From Vitrella brassicaformis CCMP3155 (Eukaryota > Protista > Chromerida): a stretch of 64,000 bases of DNA. Positions 35,314 to 48,323 of the stretch are shown in pieces; the stretch's first letter is position 1, and every line of letters begins with the position of its first letter. The DNA lies in the NCBI GenBank assembly GCA_001179505.1, contig CDMY01000258.1, positions 1 to 64,000 of the forward strand, read 5' to 3'. Position numbers and translations under genes: made by a program. The notes below the pieces were generated by a model. That model did not search any database. It was not told the origin of the DNA and saw only the letters and a list, made by a program, of their open reading frames with translations.

Positions 35314-38300
35314 TGTGTAGGGCTGCGCACCAGAAGATCGAGACGTGGCCTCGTACCATCACAGACGAGATTCTCTTCCTGGGCGTCCTCTTCCTGGTGC
35401 CTTAAATGCATATACACATATCACACCAAGGGAGAGTGCGAAGAAGGGGAGGCGAGAAAAGGCCAACCGACCTGCATCGTGAACCCATGGTTGGTCTCTT
35501 GTCGCTTCTCATTGTCCAGCAAGCCTTCGCTCGCCGCTCCCAACTCCCCGATAGGCCTCTTGTAACAACAACACCCCAACACCCCAACACCCCCCCACAC
35601 AGAGAGAGAGAGGGATTCGTGTTTTGTTTATGTCGGTTATCAGGGCGAGAGGACTGACGATGTGCTGCCGATGATGTACCGGACGATGGTGTGGTTCAAC
35701 TGCCCCGGGCGTGTGCCGCCCCCCACAGAGGAACCCCAGCGCATCGAGATTTGCGAGAGCCCTGCACCACACATCATGTAGCGATGCGATCGACGCACAC
35801 TTACACACTTACACGCACATCGTGGTGGCTGGAGAGGAGATGCTGTGGGTGTGGTTGGTTGTCTGGTGCCGTGTGTGTCACTCACACATGGATGGCCATG
35901 ATATGGATGCAGGCCGAATCTGGTCGATTTGATGGCGGAGGATACCTCGGCTGGCGTGCTGGAAGAGGCGCTGGAGAGGATCCGCTTGCTGCTCTACCGC
36001 AGACTCGTGGACGTCAACCAACGCAACTTCTCGCGTAAGCAAAAGGGGATGGATGGATGGATGGATGGTCGACTCGTATGTGTATGTGTGTGTCTGTGGT
36101 GGTCAGATCGTGTGTTGAACAAGATGTTGGTGGACAGCGCGTCAGTGTGCTTCTGCACCACAACAGTGGTACGGTAGTTACGTGCGTGTGCACGGCGGGT
36201 GGGTGCTGCTGGTGGTGTGTCTGCATGCCCTCCCTCCCCCCTCCCCTCCCCGTGTGTGTCCTTGCGCCATTCAGGCATGCAGACGATTGTTCAACGACAT
36301 GTGGTTCCACACACTCGTCATCGACGAGGCCTGCCAGGTCACTCTCACTCTCATCCCCCCTCCCGGACCGACCCCCATTGCCCATGGTGGTGTGTGTGTG
36401 TGTGCGTGTGTGTGTGCAGGTGTTGGAGAGCGAGAGCCGCACGGCGTTCAAGGCGTGTTTGGAGGCGGCCATTCTGGTGGGCGACCACAAGCAGCTGGGG
36501 CCGATTGTCATCAGCAACGCGGCGTCGGAGAGCGAATTCAAGCGGTCGCTGTTCGAGCGGCTCGTCAGCAACGGACACCCCTTCATCAGACTGCAGACAC
36601 AGGTGGGTGTGAACGAATGCAGTCAAGACAGAGAGAGAGAGACGCATGTGGTCCATCCATCCATCCATGTGTGTGTGTGTGGGTGTCTGTGTGTGCAGTA
36701 TCGCATGCGGCCGGAGATTGCTGCCTTCTCTGTCCGGGAGTTCTACGAGAGTAAGCCCGTACTCACACACACGTGCGCAGGACAGAATCGACACACGATG
36801 GGCAGCTGCAAATGTGTGTGTGTGTGTGTGTGTGTGCAGATGCCGTCGAGAATGCCGGCAACGTGACGTCGGAGGAGTGGTCCAAACCGTGGCACTCCTA
36901 CAAGTCAGCAGCCCCCCCCTCACACACACACACACACACAGATGGCCACCATGTGTGTGGTGAATTGGTGCACATGGCAGGCACGGTCTGTTCCCGCCAT
37001 TCTGTCTGTTCGACACGAGCAACGTGTCGCGCGACCTGGTGCACGAAGCCCACGACTTGACCTCCACTTTTGCCAACAGCAAGATGAACCAGGGCGAGGT
37101 CGACGTCATCATCGCCCTCCTCTGCTGGCTATACGACACCTACGAACACCTCTTCCCGCCCATAGACACCCACCTCGAGGACACCGACCTGCCCATCACT
37201 GCCAATGTCACGCCGATGGACATCGGCATCATCGCGCCTTACCGTCGGCAGGTCCGGGCGGCTGCCATTGGGGCCACACAGACTTCACACACTCGTGTGT
37301 GTTGTCCATGTGTGGGTGCAGATTGAGTTGATCCAGGAGCAGCTGGCGGCGAGGATCCCGCGGATGCTCAACTACGTCACCATTGCCACCGTTGACGCCT
37401 TCCAGGGCCGCGAGAAGAGCATCATCATCTTCAGCGCCACACGAGCCAATGCACACGGTAGGTAGGGTGCACACACATGACCACAACACACGCACGGATG
37501 CACTGACAGACACTGATAAAATAAACACATCACACCCTCCTGTCTGTGTGTGTTGATGATCAGGTGAGATTGGCTTCACCAGCGACGCCCGCAGGCTCAA
37601 CGTCGCCCTCACTCGAGCCAAACACTCCTTATGGGTACGCCCCCCGGCACACACACACATGTGGATGGATGGATGGATGGACGGATGGACACAGTAATGT
37701 CCGACAGGCAGACGGTCTGCCAAGGTGCCCTTGTGTGATGTGACCTCCCTGCTGCTGTCTGTCTGTCTATCTATCTGTGTACGTGTGTGTCAGGTGATCG
37801 GCCACATGAAGACCCTCGTGCAGAACAAATGCGCGCGCAGGCCGATGGGGTCGCTGTGGTGAGAGGGTCTTAAAGAGCATCACGCCACACATATCAAAGG
37901 AGGCAGCCAGCGATCAAGCTGCATCGATCCCTCTATGTCTGTGTGTGTATGTGTGTGTGTGTGTGCGTGTGTGTGTTGACTGACTGACACACAGGGAGGA
38001 CCTGCAGTCCCACGCGTTGGTCATGGCGCAGCGCACCCAGGCCTCCGATGACAACCTCCTCTCAGCATTTGTCGACGTGGCCCATGAGCCAAGGCTCATG
38101 GAGTTCGTCGGTATGTGCACACACAGACACACACACTCACACCCAGGCACATCCACCTGGCCCCACCCTCTCTGCGCCTGCAGGACTGTCAGGGAGCAGT
38201 GGGGTGGCCCGCCGTGACCCCCTGATGACGACCATCAAGTCTTCCTCGCTGCTGGGAGCCTTCACCTTCCCCGTGCTGATGTCGTCCCACGCCATCAACT

Positions 38301-41300
38301 GGCTCATGGCCATGGCCAGGGGCCACTTTGACGTGGGCACCATCAACAAGATCAAGGTCTGCATCAGAAATCTCGCCAGGGGCAACCAGGATGTCCGTCG
38401 TCGCAAGCTCCTGATATCCGCCACTCAGAGGCCGTAGGCCTGCATCAACGGGCAGCAGGGGCCACAACACAAGACAAGACACACAGGTGGCGTGCCCTTT
38501 GTGTGTGTGTGTGTGTGCGTCTTTACGTGTGGGATCGAATCTATCACCGCCAGCAACATCGAAGACCTGTTGATCTTCGAGGAGGCCGTCCAGCAGACAC
38601 CTTTGGTCATCATCTGGAGCATGGCGCTCGACGACGCAACCAACGGCCAGGCAGTCCGAATTTGGACCATCGAACACAGAACAAACCGCACACGTGAGCG
38701 ACGCGAGCCACCGACCGACCTAACGGTGGTGTTGGGTGCATCACAGAGCTCTGTGTGTGTGTGTGTGTGTGTGTGTGTCAGGGTCGTCCTACGACTACGA
38801 CGGCAGGATTCTCGCTTGGACTCATTTCAACGTCCACACGAGCGAGTACCGCAGGGCGTGTCTGGCCCACGGCGACCTCGAGGACATCAAGAGGCGCCCA
38901 GACCGCCCCCTGCCCAACAAGGACGTCCAGATCAACCCCGGCTGGACAGACAACCGTGAGTGGCGCGCGGTGAAGAAACCTGACCATAGGAGTGCGTCGG
39001 CAGCATCGGGTGGTGACAGCTGGGGTTCGCCGGCGATTGAGAGGCTCAGCGGGGCTGAGTGTGAGGTGAGGGGCTACGAGATGGAGACCATCGACATCGA
39101 GGACGCCGAAGGCGAGCCACTGCTCCCATTCCTCCCCACACATCGCACCTTCCACCGAATGAACAGGTCAGTCAGTCAGTCAGTCTGCCCCCACCGCCCC
39201 ACACCCAGGCGCATCCACCCTGTGTGTCTGGTTTCTTTTCCTCGCCGTCCGGCCAGTGAGTTCTTTGGCCACTTCGTGGAGCTGCTCAAGCACGTGTGTG
39301 AGTCGGCCGGTTCGTCCTCATCTGGCCCGCTCGCCGACAGGCCCGCCGCCGAGCTGGAGCTCTTCCACGTGTCGGGTGGCCACCGTGCGTGGCCCCCGGC
39401 CCTCGACTACCGCCTGCAGCGGATCGCTGCCGACGGTGGGGCCTCGCTGTTCATCATGGGCACCGCTGGGGCCGGCAAGACCAATGTCCTCATGGCCAGG
39501 TGAGTGGGTGAGACAGGCAGCCTGAGGCAGGTGCATATGGATGGATAGATGGATGGCGTGTGTGTCGCAGGATGCGTCAGGTGGAGCAGGAGTGGGTGGT
39601 GCGTGAGCATGTGGGGCTGCGGCCGCTGACCGAGCACGGCTGGGGCGGTGAGGGGGGGTGGCGGCAGGGAGACGACCCCGAACAACTCAGAGAGGACGAC
39701 CCCCGGATGCTCACACAGCCCACATGGAATGACTCTGATGGCGACAATGACGCACAGGCAGCGCCTGTCCGTCCAGTCAATCCCTACCCCGCGCCGTCCA
39801 TTCTCCTCGTCGCAGCCGACGACGCCCTGGCAGACACCCTCCGGCAGCAACATGAGCTGCACCGAAGCTGGAGTCGCCTCTCGGCCCCCTCGCCCAGCAA
39901 GCTCATCAACGACGGCAAGGCGCAGCAGTACGACTGGATTTTCCAAAAGAAGAAGGACGGCCTGCCCCTCTACGTCCCGCCGCGTGTCGAGGCCCTGCGC
40001 GACGCCATCAACAGCCGCATCCACCGGGTCAGCGGCAACCCGCCAGATCCCATCAGGTCGGAGCCGCTGTTCAGCCGGCAGGTGTTCCGGCTGCCTGAGG
40101 GGCGATCAGTGTGCTCAAGGGAGGCGGGGGCCGCCGACGACGGTGCCGGGGCTGGGGGAGGGGCGGGGGCGGCCGATGACTGCCATCCTGCCATCGTGGG
40201 GCCGAGGGCGCTGCTCGTCTCTGTCGACGGTACACACACACACACACACGCACACACAGATGGGAACCTCCCTTTATCACTGTGTGTGTCTGTGTCTGTA
40301 TGTGTGATGCAGAGAATCTGATCGACCCGTTTTTGGACCATCCCGACCTCCCTGGTCGTCACAACCTGTACCCTCTCGCGCGAAACATCCGACGAGTCGA
40401 CATACGAGTGGGTACACACACACACACACACACACAGAGTGATGCCCACTGTCGCTGGACAATGCAGGACGAGGTGACGTTCCGCGAGTTCTTCGAAGGC
40501 TTTTGGCCCCACATCAAGTGGTATATGAACGGGTGGCTTAGGGAGCTCCAGCACAGCAGGAGCGGCCGCATCATCGACATGGACCTGCCCGACGACATTA
40601 GTGCGGAGGACGTGACGCGCTGCGGGCTGGCCGAGTACCTCACCCACCCAGACGGCACCTACGATTCCAAACACGAGACTGGACTGGTGAGTGTGTGCGG
40701 TGGGTCAAAACAGAGAGAGAGAGAGAGAGAGATGGGTGGGTGCGTCCGTGTTGGGTGTGTCTGATATGGTCAATTGGTCAATCAGGGGTATTTGGTGTGG
40801 AGTGAGATCATCTGTTCCATACCAGCGCACCTCTCCACCACCCAGCGCAAGAAGGACGAGAAGCGGCTCGAGGCCTACCTCTTCCTCCGCTGGGGCACCA
40901 CCCGCCCCCGAATCACATTCGACAACGACGGCAACACCGCCAGCCCTTCGCCCTCTTCACCATCAGTATCATCATCATCAGCCGCAGCAGCAACAGCAGC
41001 AGCGGAGGGGCCCACAGTGGTGGACGAGGACACCTACGGTCAGTACGGCGGGAACCCCATGGCCCTGACGGCGAGCGAGTACCTGCAGCAGGCGGAGCGG
41101 ACGGGGCGGCCTGCGTATCTGTCTCGGGGCGACCTGGTGGTGGTGTACGCCATGTGGCGGCAATACGCCCAGATGAAGGAGAACAGGGGCAGGGGCGAGT
41201 GGGACAGAGCCGACCTCGCCACACATGCACTGGTCGGTCAGCAGACAAAGAAAGAGGCGATGGTGTCTGTGCATATGGATGGGATGATCCGTCTGTGTTG

Positions 41301-43858
41301 CACATGGGTGACATGGAGGTGTGGGTGTGTGTCAGGTGTTGCTGTCTGCTCATGCTCGTCGTGCGTATCGTGGGAGGGTGTTCGACTACGTCTTCTGCGA
41401 CGACGTGGACTTGTGGGCGCCAGTGGAGGTGGCCGTCGCATTCCACCTGGTGGGCAGCAAGCGACGCATCGCCATGGCCGTCTCGCAGGTACGCACACAC
41501 CCCCCTCCTCCCCCCCTCCACAGCTCATTATTCCAGCGATGGACACTTGCATGGTGCGTCTGTCTGTCGTGTTAGGAGGGCGTGCTCGGCCCGCAGACAT
41601 GCGACAATGTCTTCCCCATGTACTCCAAATTCATACGTACGCCACACACACGTCACCACCCGACAGACAGACGGTATTGGTGCGTGTGTGTGTGTGAAGG
41701 CTCCCGCGCCCAGCTGACGCCGCCGTCGATTCTGCTTCACTCGTGCCGGTCGACCGAGTTCCTGACGCTTCTGGCCGCCACTGTTGTGAAACCTCTGCGC
41801 CGGCTGCTGAGTGGCAAGACGATGCTCTTGAAGAAGGGACAGCTGCACACCGATGACAGCGACCACATCGCCCGGGCACTGTCAGTACCCGCCAACAGAA
41901 GATACAACACCGTCGAGCAGCAGCAGGTGGGGAAGAGGGTGGGGTGGGTGTTGGGAGAGCAGGTGGGGGCATCCATCTATCCATCCATCCATCCATCATG
42001 TGTGTGCAGGTTGACGGGCCCGATGCGCTGCCCGACGACCTGGTCCGTGCGCGGCGGGAAGAGGCCGACACACGTGCCCTGCTGTCACTCCGTCGCCAGG
42101 GGACCTTCCTCAAGCCATCGCTCCTGCTGCTGCCTGAGGAATGGCTGGACTTGAGGAATGTGCCGCACGAGGCGAAGGCGGACCTTCTGTTCGAGGCGTT
42201 CCAGCTGGTGCAGCCCCAGTTCATCGACAGCCGGCGGTCTGTGGGCGACCACACAGGTGGGTGGTGCGCAGAGATCCATGCGGATGGATGGATGTGCTGT
42301 CCTTTGCAGTGGCGATCGTTGTTCGGCGGGAGTACGACGTAAAAATGGTCGCGGAAGCACTGGCAGATATCACTCAGGTGCGGACACACACACACACAGA
42401 GATACCTATACAGACGCAATGATCCCGCCCCGCCCCGCCCCAGGATGACAAGCACAACGGCCGCTGGCGATGGCAGCGGATAAACTGTCACGACAGCGCT
42501 CAACGCTCTCGCCTGCATCTGCGTCACCGCCAGCGGTCGCTCTCGCCAAGCCGCCGGTCTGCGCACTCGGGGTCGTCTCCGGGCCTGTCACGTGCCACTG
42601 TGTCGAGCCGTGAGGGGCCTGTGGCGGGCCGTGACAAGGATGAGCGCTGCGTCATCCTTGTCGAGCGATTCGACGACCTGCTCGCACTCAATATGGAGTT
42701 TGATCAGGTACGCTTAAGAAGGGCGGGAGAAGGAGCAGAGGAGAGGACACGAGATGGATGGATGGATGGATGCTCTCTCTCTCCCTGTCTCTGCGTCTCT
42801 CTCCTCTCCTCTCCGTGTGTGTCGATGTGTCGATAGGTGGTAGTCTACGATTTCTTCTTCCGTTCGGAGCAGCTGGATTTGGTGTGGATGCAGCCGTGGG
42901 TTGGCTGGGTCTTGGAGAGCTTCCAGTCGGGCGTGCCCTTCATGCCCTACGTCCAGCAGTTCCCCGTCGACGTCTCCAACCTCGTCGATGAGCTCCGCCT
43001 TCTCTACGCCATCATACGCATGGCCAGGATCAACGTCAGCTTCATTGAGGTGCGGCACACACACACACACATTGACAACACAGAAAGCCCACATGTATTC
43101 CGATGTCATTTGTGTGTGTGTGTGTGTTGGGGGCCGTGTGTGTCATGCAGTCGAGTCCCGACTCGTCCGTGGCACTGAGCGCCTGGTGGTCGGCCCGGGG
43201 CATCGTGGACGTCCATGAGCTCGCCAATGTCCGCAGGCAGGACCAGCGGGGCCGCCTCGCGCTAGAGCTCAGCGGGTCGCCGCAGAAGCTCTTCGATCAA
43301 CACAAGAGGGCCATCGCCCGGTGCGAGCAAGAGAGCCAGCAGATGAAGCAGCAGATGGAGACGAGCACCCGCAACAACAACACCGGAGCTGCTGCTGCTG
43401 CTGCTGCTGTTGCTGTTGCTGTTGCTGCCCAGCCATCCCGCCCCTCCCGTCCAGCAGCTGCAGCAGCATCATCAGGGCGTGGCGGGCGTGCTTCCCCCGC
43501 CCCATCCTCCATCGCACCCATGGCACCCCCCCGTCCACACGCACCGTACAACGACACCAACAACCGAGACCGAGGCGGCCGCTACCCTGACGATGACCTT
43601 GAGGATCTGCCGATGCCGCCGCCGCCCAGGGACCGTCGAGGTGGCAGTTATAGGTGGCAGCAGCGTGACTTCCGTGACGACTGGGCGGACGACGACAGCA
43701 GTGAGGATGGTGACAGCAGCTACGAGTACAGCCGATATGGGGGCGGCGGGGGTGGGGCGTACCAGAACTCCTGGCAGAACCAGCAGATGAGGGGCGGGTA
43801 TGATGACTATTATTATGGCTATGATGACGACGCGCGGTCGGACTACAGCTACCGGTGA
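32403..43858 (+). CDS. Double SF1 helicase: UPF1/senataxin-like (AAA_11/AAA_12) + probable RelE-like domain + degenerate UvrD/TRANK1-like helicase
   Basis: QGPPGTGKT (34319-34345), VIDEACQ (~36317-36337), LVGDHKQLGP, RSLFERL, LQTQYRMRPEI, IGIIAPYRRQ, TVDAFQGREK, RRLNVALTRAK. Second module: IMGTAGAGKT (~39453-39482), VTFREF, FDYVFCDDVD, LNMEFDQVVVYDFF, ELRLLYAIIRMAR. Splice phases are consistent at the ~10 junctions checked from 35.6 to 41.7 kb. Confidence 0.85.
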
Positions 43859-44355
43859 CTGACGGATACAGTGTGTGACACATAGATACATACATGACCG
43901 ACTGACTGATCTGACTGATTAGTGGGGAGGGACCGGCGCATGCGGTGCATGCACATCGATGCTGCATGCATCGATATATGCTGTTTTGCTGTGTGACGGG
44001 AGTAGCGGGCCCGCGGATCGGGGCCGATGCGTACAGAGTCTTTTACGAGTAGGGGAGGACAGCACCACCTACGTGTGTATGTTTGTGTCTGTCGTTGTGC
44101 TGTCGTCACTTTCGATGCACCGTCGACGTGATCTTACTGCTGCTAGCTGCCTCGGGAGCATTACGGATGGTGTCGGCAGGCAGCCGAAGTGACTTCAGCA
44201 CGATGCACGACAACAGAACAAGCGAATCTCAGTGGTTTGAGAGAGAGACCTCCATGGCAAAATGCGGGAGGCTTCAAACGTGCTTGGTGAGACTGCGACG
44301 TCCATTTACTTGGCCCCCTCGCCCCCCGTCTCAGCTCGCACCCCCCGGCCTAGCG

Positions 44356-47300
44356 ATGAGTTCTGACAACGTCGGGTCGCCCAATGGCGGCTCTGCGTCG
44401 ACGTTTGCCGAGAAGCACCGGCAGCGTACGGAGAAGCTTCGTCAGGACAAGGACAGCCGGCGGGCCAACGAGATAGACAAGATGACCAACGAGCGGCTCG
44501 AGAGAGAGCTCAAGGCCAAGGGCATCCCCACTTTCGGCACCAGGCAGGAGAGAGCGGCGAGGCTCAAAGTGGCCTGCGGTATGTATGCTACTCCCAAGTG
44601 AACCCACAAACACCCGAGAAGCACACACACCTGTATTTCCCTATGTGTGTGTGTCTGTGGCACGCGGCCTGTAGGTCTGCCCGCCAGCAGTGATGCTGAT
44701 GAGAAGAAACCGGGCAAGGCCAAGAAGGGCGGCGTGGTGGAGGAGATCGAGCGACTCAGGCAGCAGAGAGAGCAAAGACGGCGCAAGATGGAGGAGGACC
44801 GCAAGACCAAGGAAGACGAAAAGAGCCACAACGAAGCCATGGGCCTCCCCGGCGACGTCGACTTCCAAAGGATGGTCACGCAGTTCCGGACCGATTCGAA
44901 GAGCGGCAAGGCCCTCTCGCCCATCATGGGACAGGGGGCTGGGGGGAAGGGCTCGTCGCAGGCGGTGGGCATCTGGGTGTGTGTGCGAAAGCGGCCTTTG
45001 AACGACAAGGAGGTGGGGCGGCGGGAGATCGACACGGTCACAGTGGTGAACCCCAAGTGCCACGTGCACGAGTGCAAGTTCAAGGTGGACGGCATCACCA
45101 AGTTCCTGGAGAACCACCACTTCGCATTCGACCGGACCTTCACCGACTCCACACCCACACAAAGCGTAAGAAACAGACACACACATATATTGCCGAATAT
45201 GGATGGGCAGATTCATAAGCCATAAGCCATTCGGTCGGCCTTTGTCTCGTGTGATGTGGTCAGCTTCACGAGTGCTGCAGCAGGCCATTGGTGGACTTCG
45301 CGCTCAGAGGGGGCGGCAGGCGTGCCACCATCTTTGCGTACGGCCAGACGGGGAGCGGCAAGACCTACACGATGAGAGGGATGCAGTCGCTGCTGTGCTC
45401 GGACCTCTATGACGGCCTAGAGGGCAACCCCCACAAGGACGATTTGGACGTGTCGGTGAGCTTCTTCGAGATCTACGGAGGCCGCGTCTACGACCTGCTC
45501 AACAATCGCCAGAGGCTGCAGGTGCTCGAGGACGCTAAGCAGGAGGTGAGGTGGGTGGTGTCTGAAGGGTCCGTCAGGAGCCGGCGGGGGCGTGTTCTTG
45601 TCTGCAGGTGCAAGTGCAGGGTTTGTGTGAGCGGCCTGCCAAGAACGCCAAAGATCTGCATGACATCATCGGTAAGCTAGCTATGCATCACACCTACACC
45701 GTGGCGTCGGTGTCTCATGCCGCGCCTCACCCCGCATGCATCCGTGTGGTGTCTCGTCTCTGCGTGCAGAGTATGGGCACTCAGTGCGCACCACCAAGGC
45801 CACATCCACCAACGCAGGTATGCAGACCAGACACACGTCAGTCACAACAAAAAAATGGAAATCAAGCGCCGCACCCGTGTCCCTCCATACGTCTCTGTGA
45901 TGTGCACACACAGACTCCTCCCGCTCCCACGCCGTGTGTTGCATCGCGCTAAAACTGCCCCGGACCACCCCGCTGCCCAGCCCCCCCGAGAGGAAGCAGC
46001 TGGTGCCGCAGCCCCCACCCGACAAATTCACAGTATATTCGAAACTCACACTCGTCGACCTGGCCGTACGGACGGACACTTAAGCAATAAACAAACAGAC
46101 ACCAGCCAGCCAGCCAGCCAGCCAGAGACAATTCATTCATGTGTGTGCCTCTGTGTGTGCAGGGCAGCGAGAGGGCGCAGGACACGCGGCACCACAACCG
46201 CGCCAGACGAGTCGAGGCCGCAGAGATCAACCGCAGCCTCCTCGCACTCAAAGTCAGTACGTCACCTTACACACACAGACAGAGAATGGATGTCTCTCTC
46301 TCTCTCTCTGTCTCTCTGCAGGAGTGCATCCGTGCATTGGCTGTTGAGAGCTCCAGTGGGCCGCCCGCTAGCCAGGCTGGCGCATCGCCATGGGCGTCAC
46401 CGTCCGGAGCTGGGGGTGGGGCGGGGGGTGGCAGCGGCTCGCACATCCCGTTCAGAGCGTCCAAACTGACGATGGTCCTGCGGGAGTGCTTCGTGTGCAG
46501 CGCTTCCCGCACACTCATGATCGCATGTGTATCACCAGGTGGGTCGGCTGCAGACGTCAGACATAAAGTCGAATGTGCGTGTGTGGTCTGGCTCCATCCA
46601 TCCATCCATCAGGGATGGCGTCGGCAGACCACACGCTAAACACATTGCGTTATGCGGCGCGGCTCAAGGAGACCCCAGACAGTCCCCAGCCAGCAGGCGT
46701 GGCGGGAAGCTCCCCACGGCCACCTCAGTCGGCACCTGCGTCACCCGCCGTGCATCAACCACCCGAGCCAACAGGTAACGAGTGCATTGGCTTAGACCTT
46801 GCCACGCGACATTGTCCCGGCTCGGTTGGTTCAGAGGCCGGTGGTCCCGGATTTCGTCTGCCGCCTCGTGCAAAGTCCAAAGCCGCGGTCGCCCCCTCGT
46901 CCCCCCCAGCCCCCCGCCCTCCCCCTCCCTCCCACCCGGTCAGAGATGCCGACCGGGTACCCCTCTCGCCGATACCCCCACCAAGAGGGTCCAAACGGGC
47001 CGCCGGTGGAGCTGCGAGTCCGCCGCCCCCCGCACCAGGCCCCGCCCCCATCCCCCACGCGGCATCGTCCCCTGCACCCTCCTCATCCACACACGCACCG
47101 GGGAGCAAATCGCCACCAGAGCCATCCGCTTCGTCAGGTGAGACACGGCCATGTACTCTGCTGCTAGGGATGTGATGTCTGTCGGTGCTGCTAGGGGTTC
47201 CTGAGGCGGAGAGTGACGCGTCGCCCAACGAGGGTGAGGAGGAGACGGAGGCCGAGGGAGAGGGAGAGCCTGAGGACGGGAGACACCTGGCGAGGGTGTC

Positions 47301-48019
47301 TCGGGCTGACATGGACTTCCTCAAAGAATCGCTAACGAAGCAAGGGGTGGGTGGGGTGGCGCAGAACACACAGATGTGAGGTGCATGAGAGGCTCTGTGT
47401 TTATCCATCCATCAGATGGGGGAGGCCTTGGCCATCACGGACTCGGAATATCTGGAGGTACGGACACACATCCATCCATCTGTACTGCGATGGACACACG
47501 TATATGTGTCTGTCTCTCGTGTCATCTCTCACAGACTGTGGAGGATTTGTATGAGTGGGAGGATCGCATCACACGGACACACATGAGCACCATGAAGGTG
47601 ACAGACACCCACAGCCAGCCAGCCAGCCAGACAGACAGTATGTGGCCTGCTACAGGAGGACGCCAACATGCTCACCATGGAGGGCGAACTCATGAAGAAG
47701 GTAAATCAACAACAACTCGCCCATCCACAACTGTGGTCAATTGCTTGCGCGTCTGCGTCATGGGCGCAGTTCCAAGATGACGATGGGTACGAGCTTGAGG
47801 ACTACGTGGAGGACATTGAAAAGATTGTCGAGCGCAAGGTGCATCTGTACAAGGGCCTGCTCAAAACAATCAGCAAAGTCAAAACCATCATGCAGCAAGA
47901 GGAGACGTCGTACAAGAAGGTGTGCTGTATGTGGCCGATGGTCGGTGGACGTGCCTATGCGATGGATCGTTGTCTCGGTGCGTGGCTGTGTGCAGGCCGA
48001 GCAGCGAGACAACAAGTGA
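44356..48019 (+). CDS. Kinesin-13 family microtubule depolymerase with an N-terminal SAP-like motif
   Basis: VCVRKRPLN, KVD finger (CKFKVDGITK), FAYGQTGSGKTYTM, NADSSRSHA, LVDLAGSERA, AEINRSLLALKECIRAL, HIPFRASKLT, TLNTLRYA, and a C-terminal coiled coil. Confidence 0.95.
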
Positions 48020-48323
48020 CTTCACTTAAGGGGCGTGCCTTCCGGCCAAAGGCTGCCGTGACGCCGTGGCGCTGCAGTAGCGAGATCTGTATGTCTTTCT
48101 TCTGCTGGTCCGGCAGTGTCTCGATATGTGAATCATCGATGTGTACACATTGGCGATCATTTGGACAGTGTGACGCGCTGTATGTATCGTGCCGTGCCGA
48201 GTGGCCATGACGCAATGACGACGACTCTGCATGCATGCGCCCAGTCGCGATCATCGTCTGTGCGAGCTCGTGGGCGTCTCGCCCGCAGTCATTCTTGTGA
48301 CTACGCAGTCGTTCTTCTGACTC

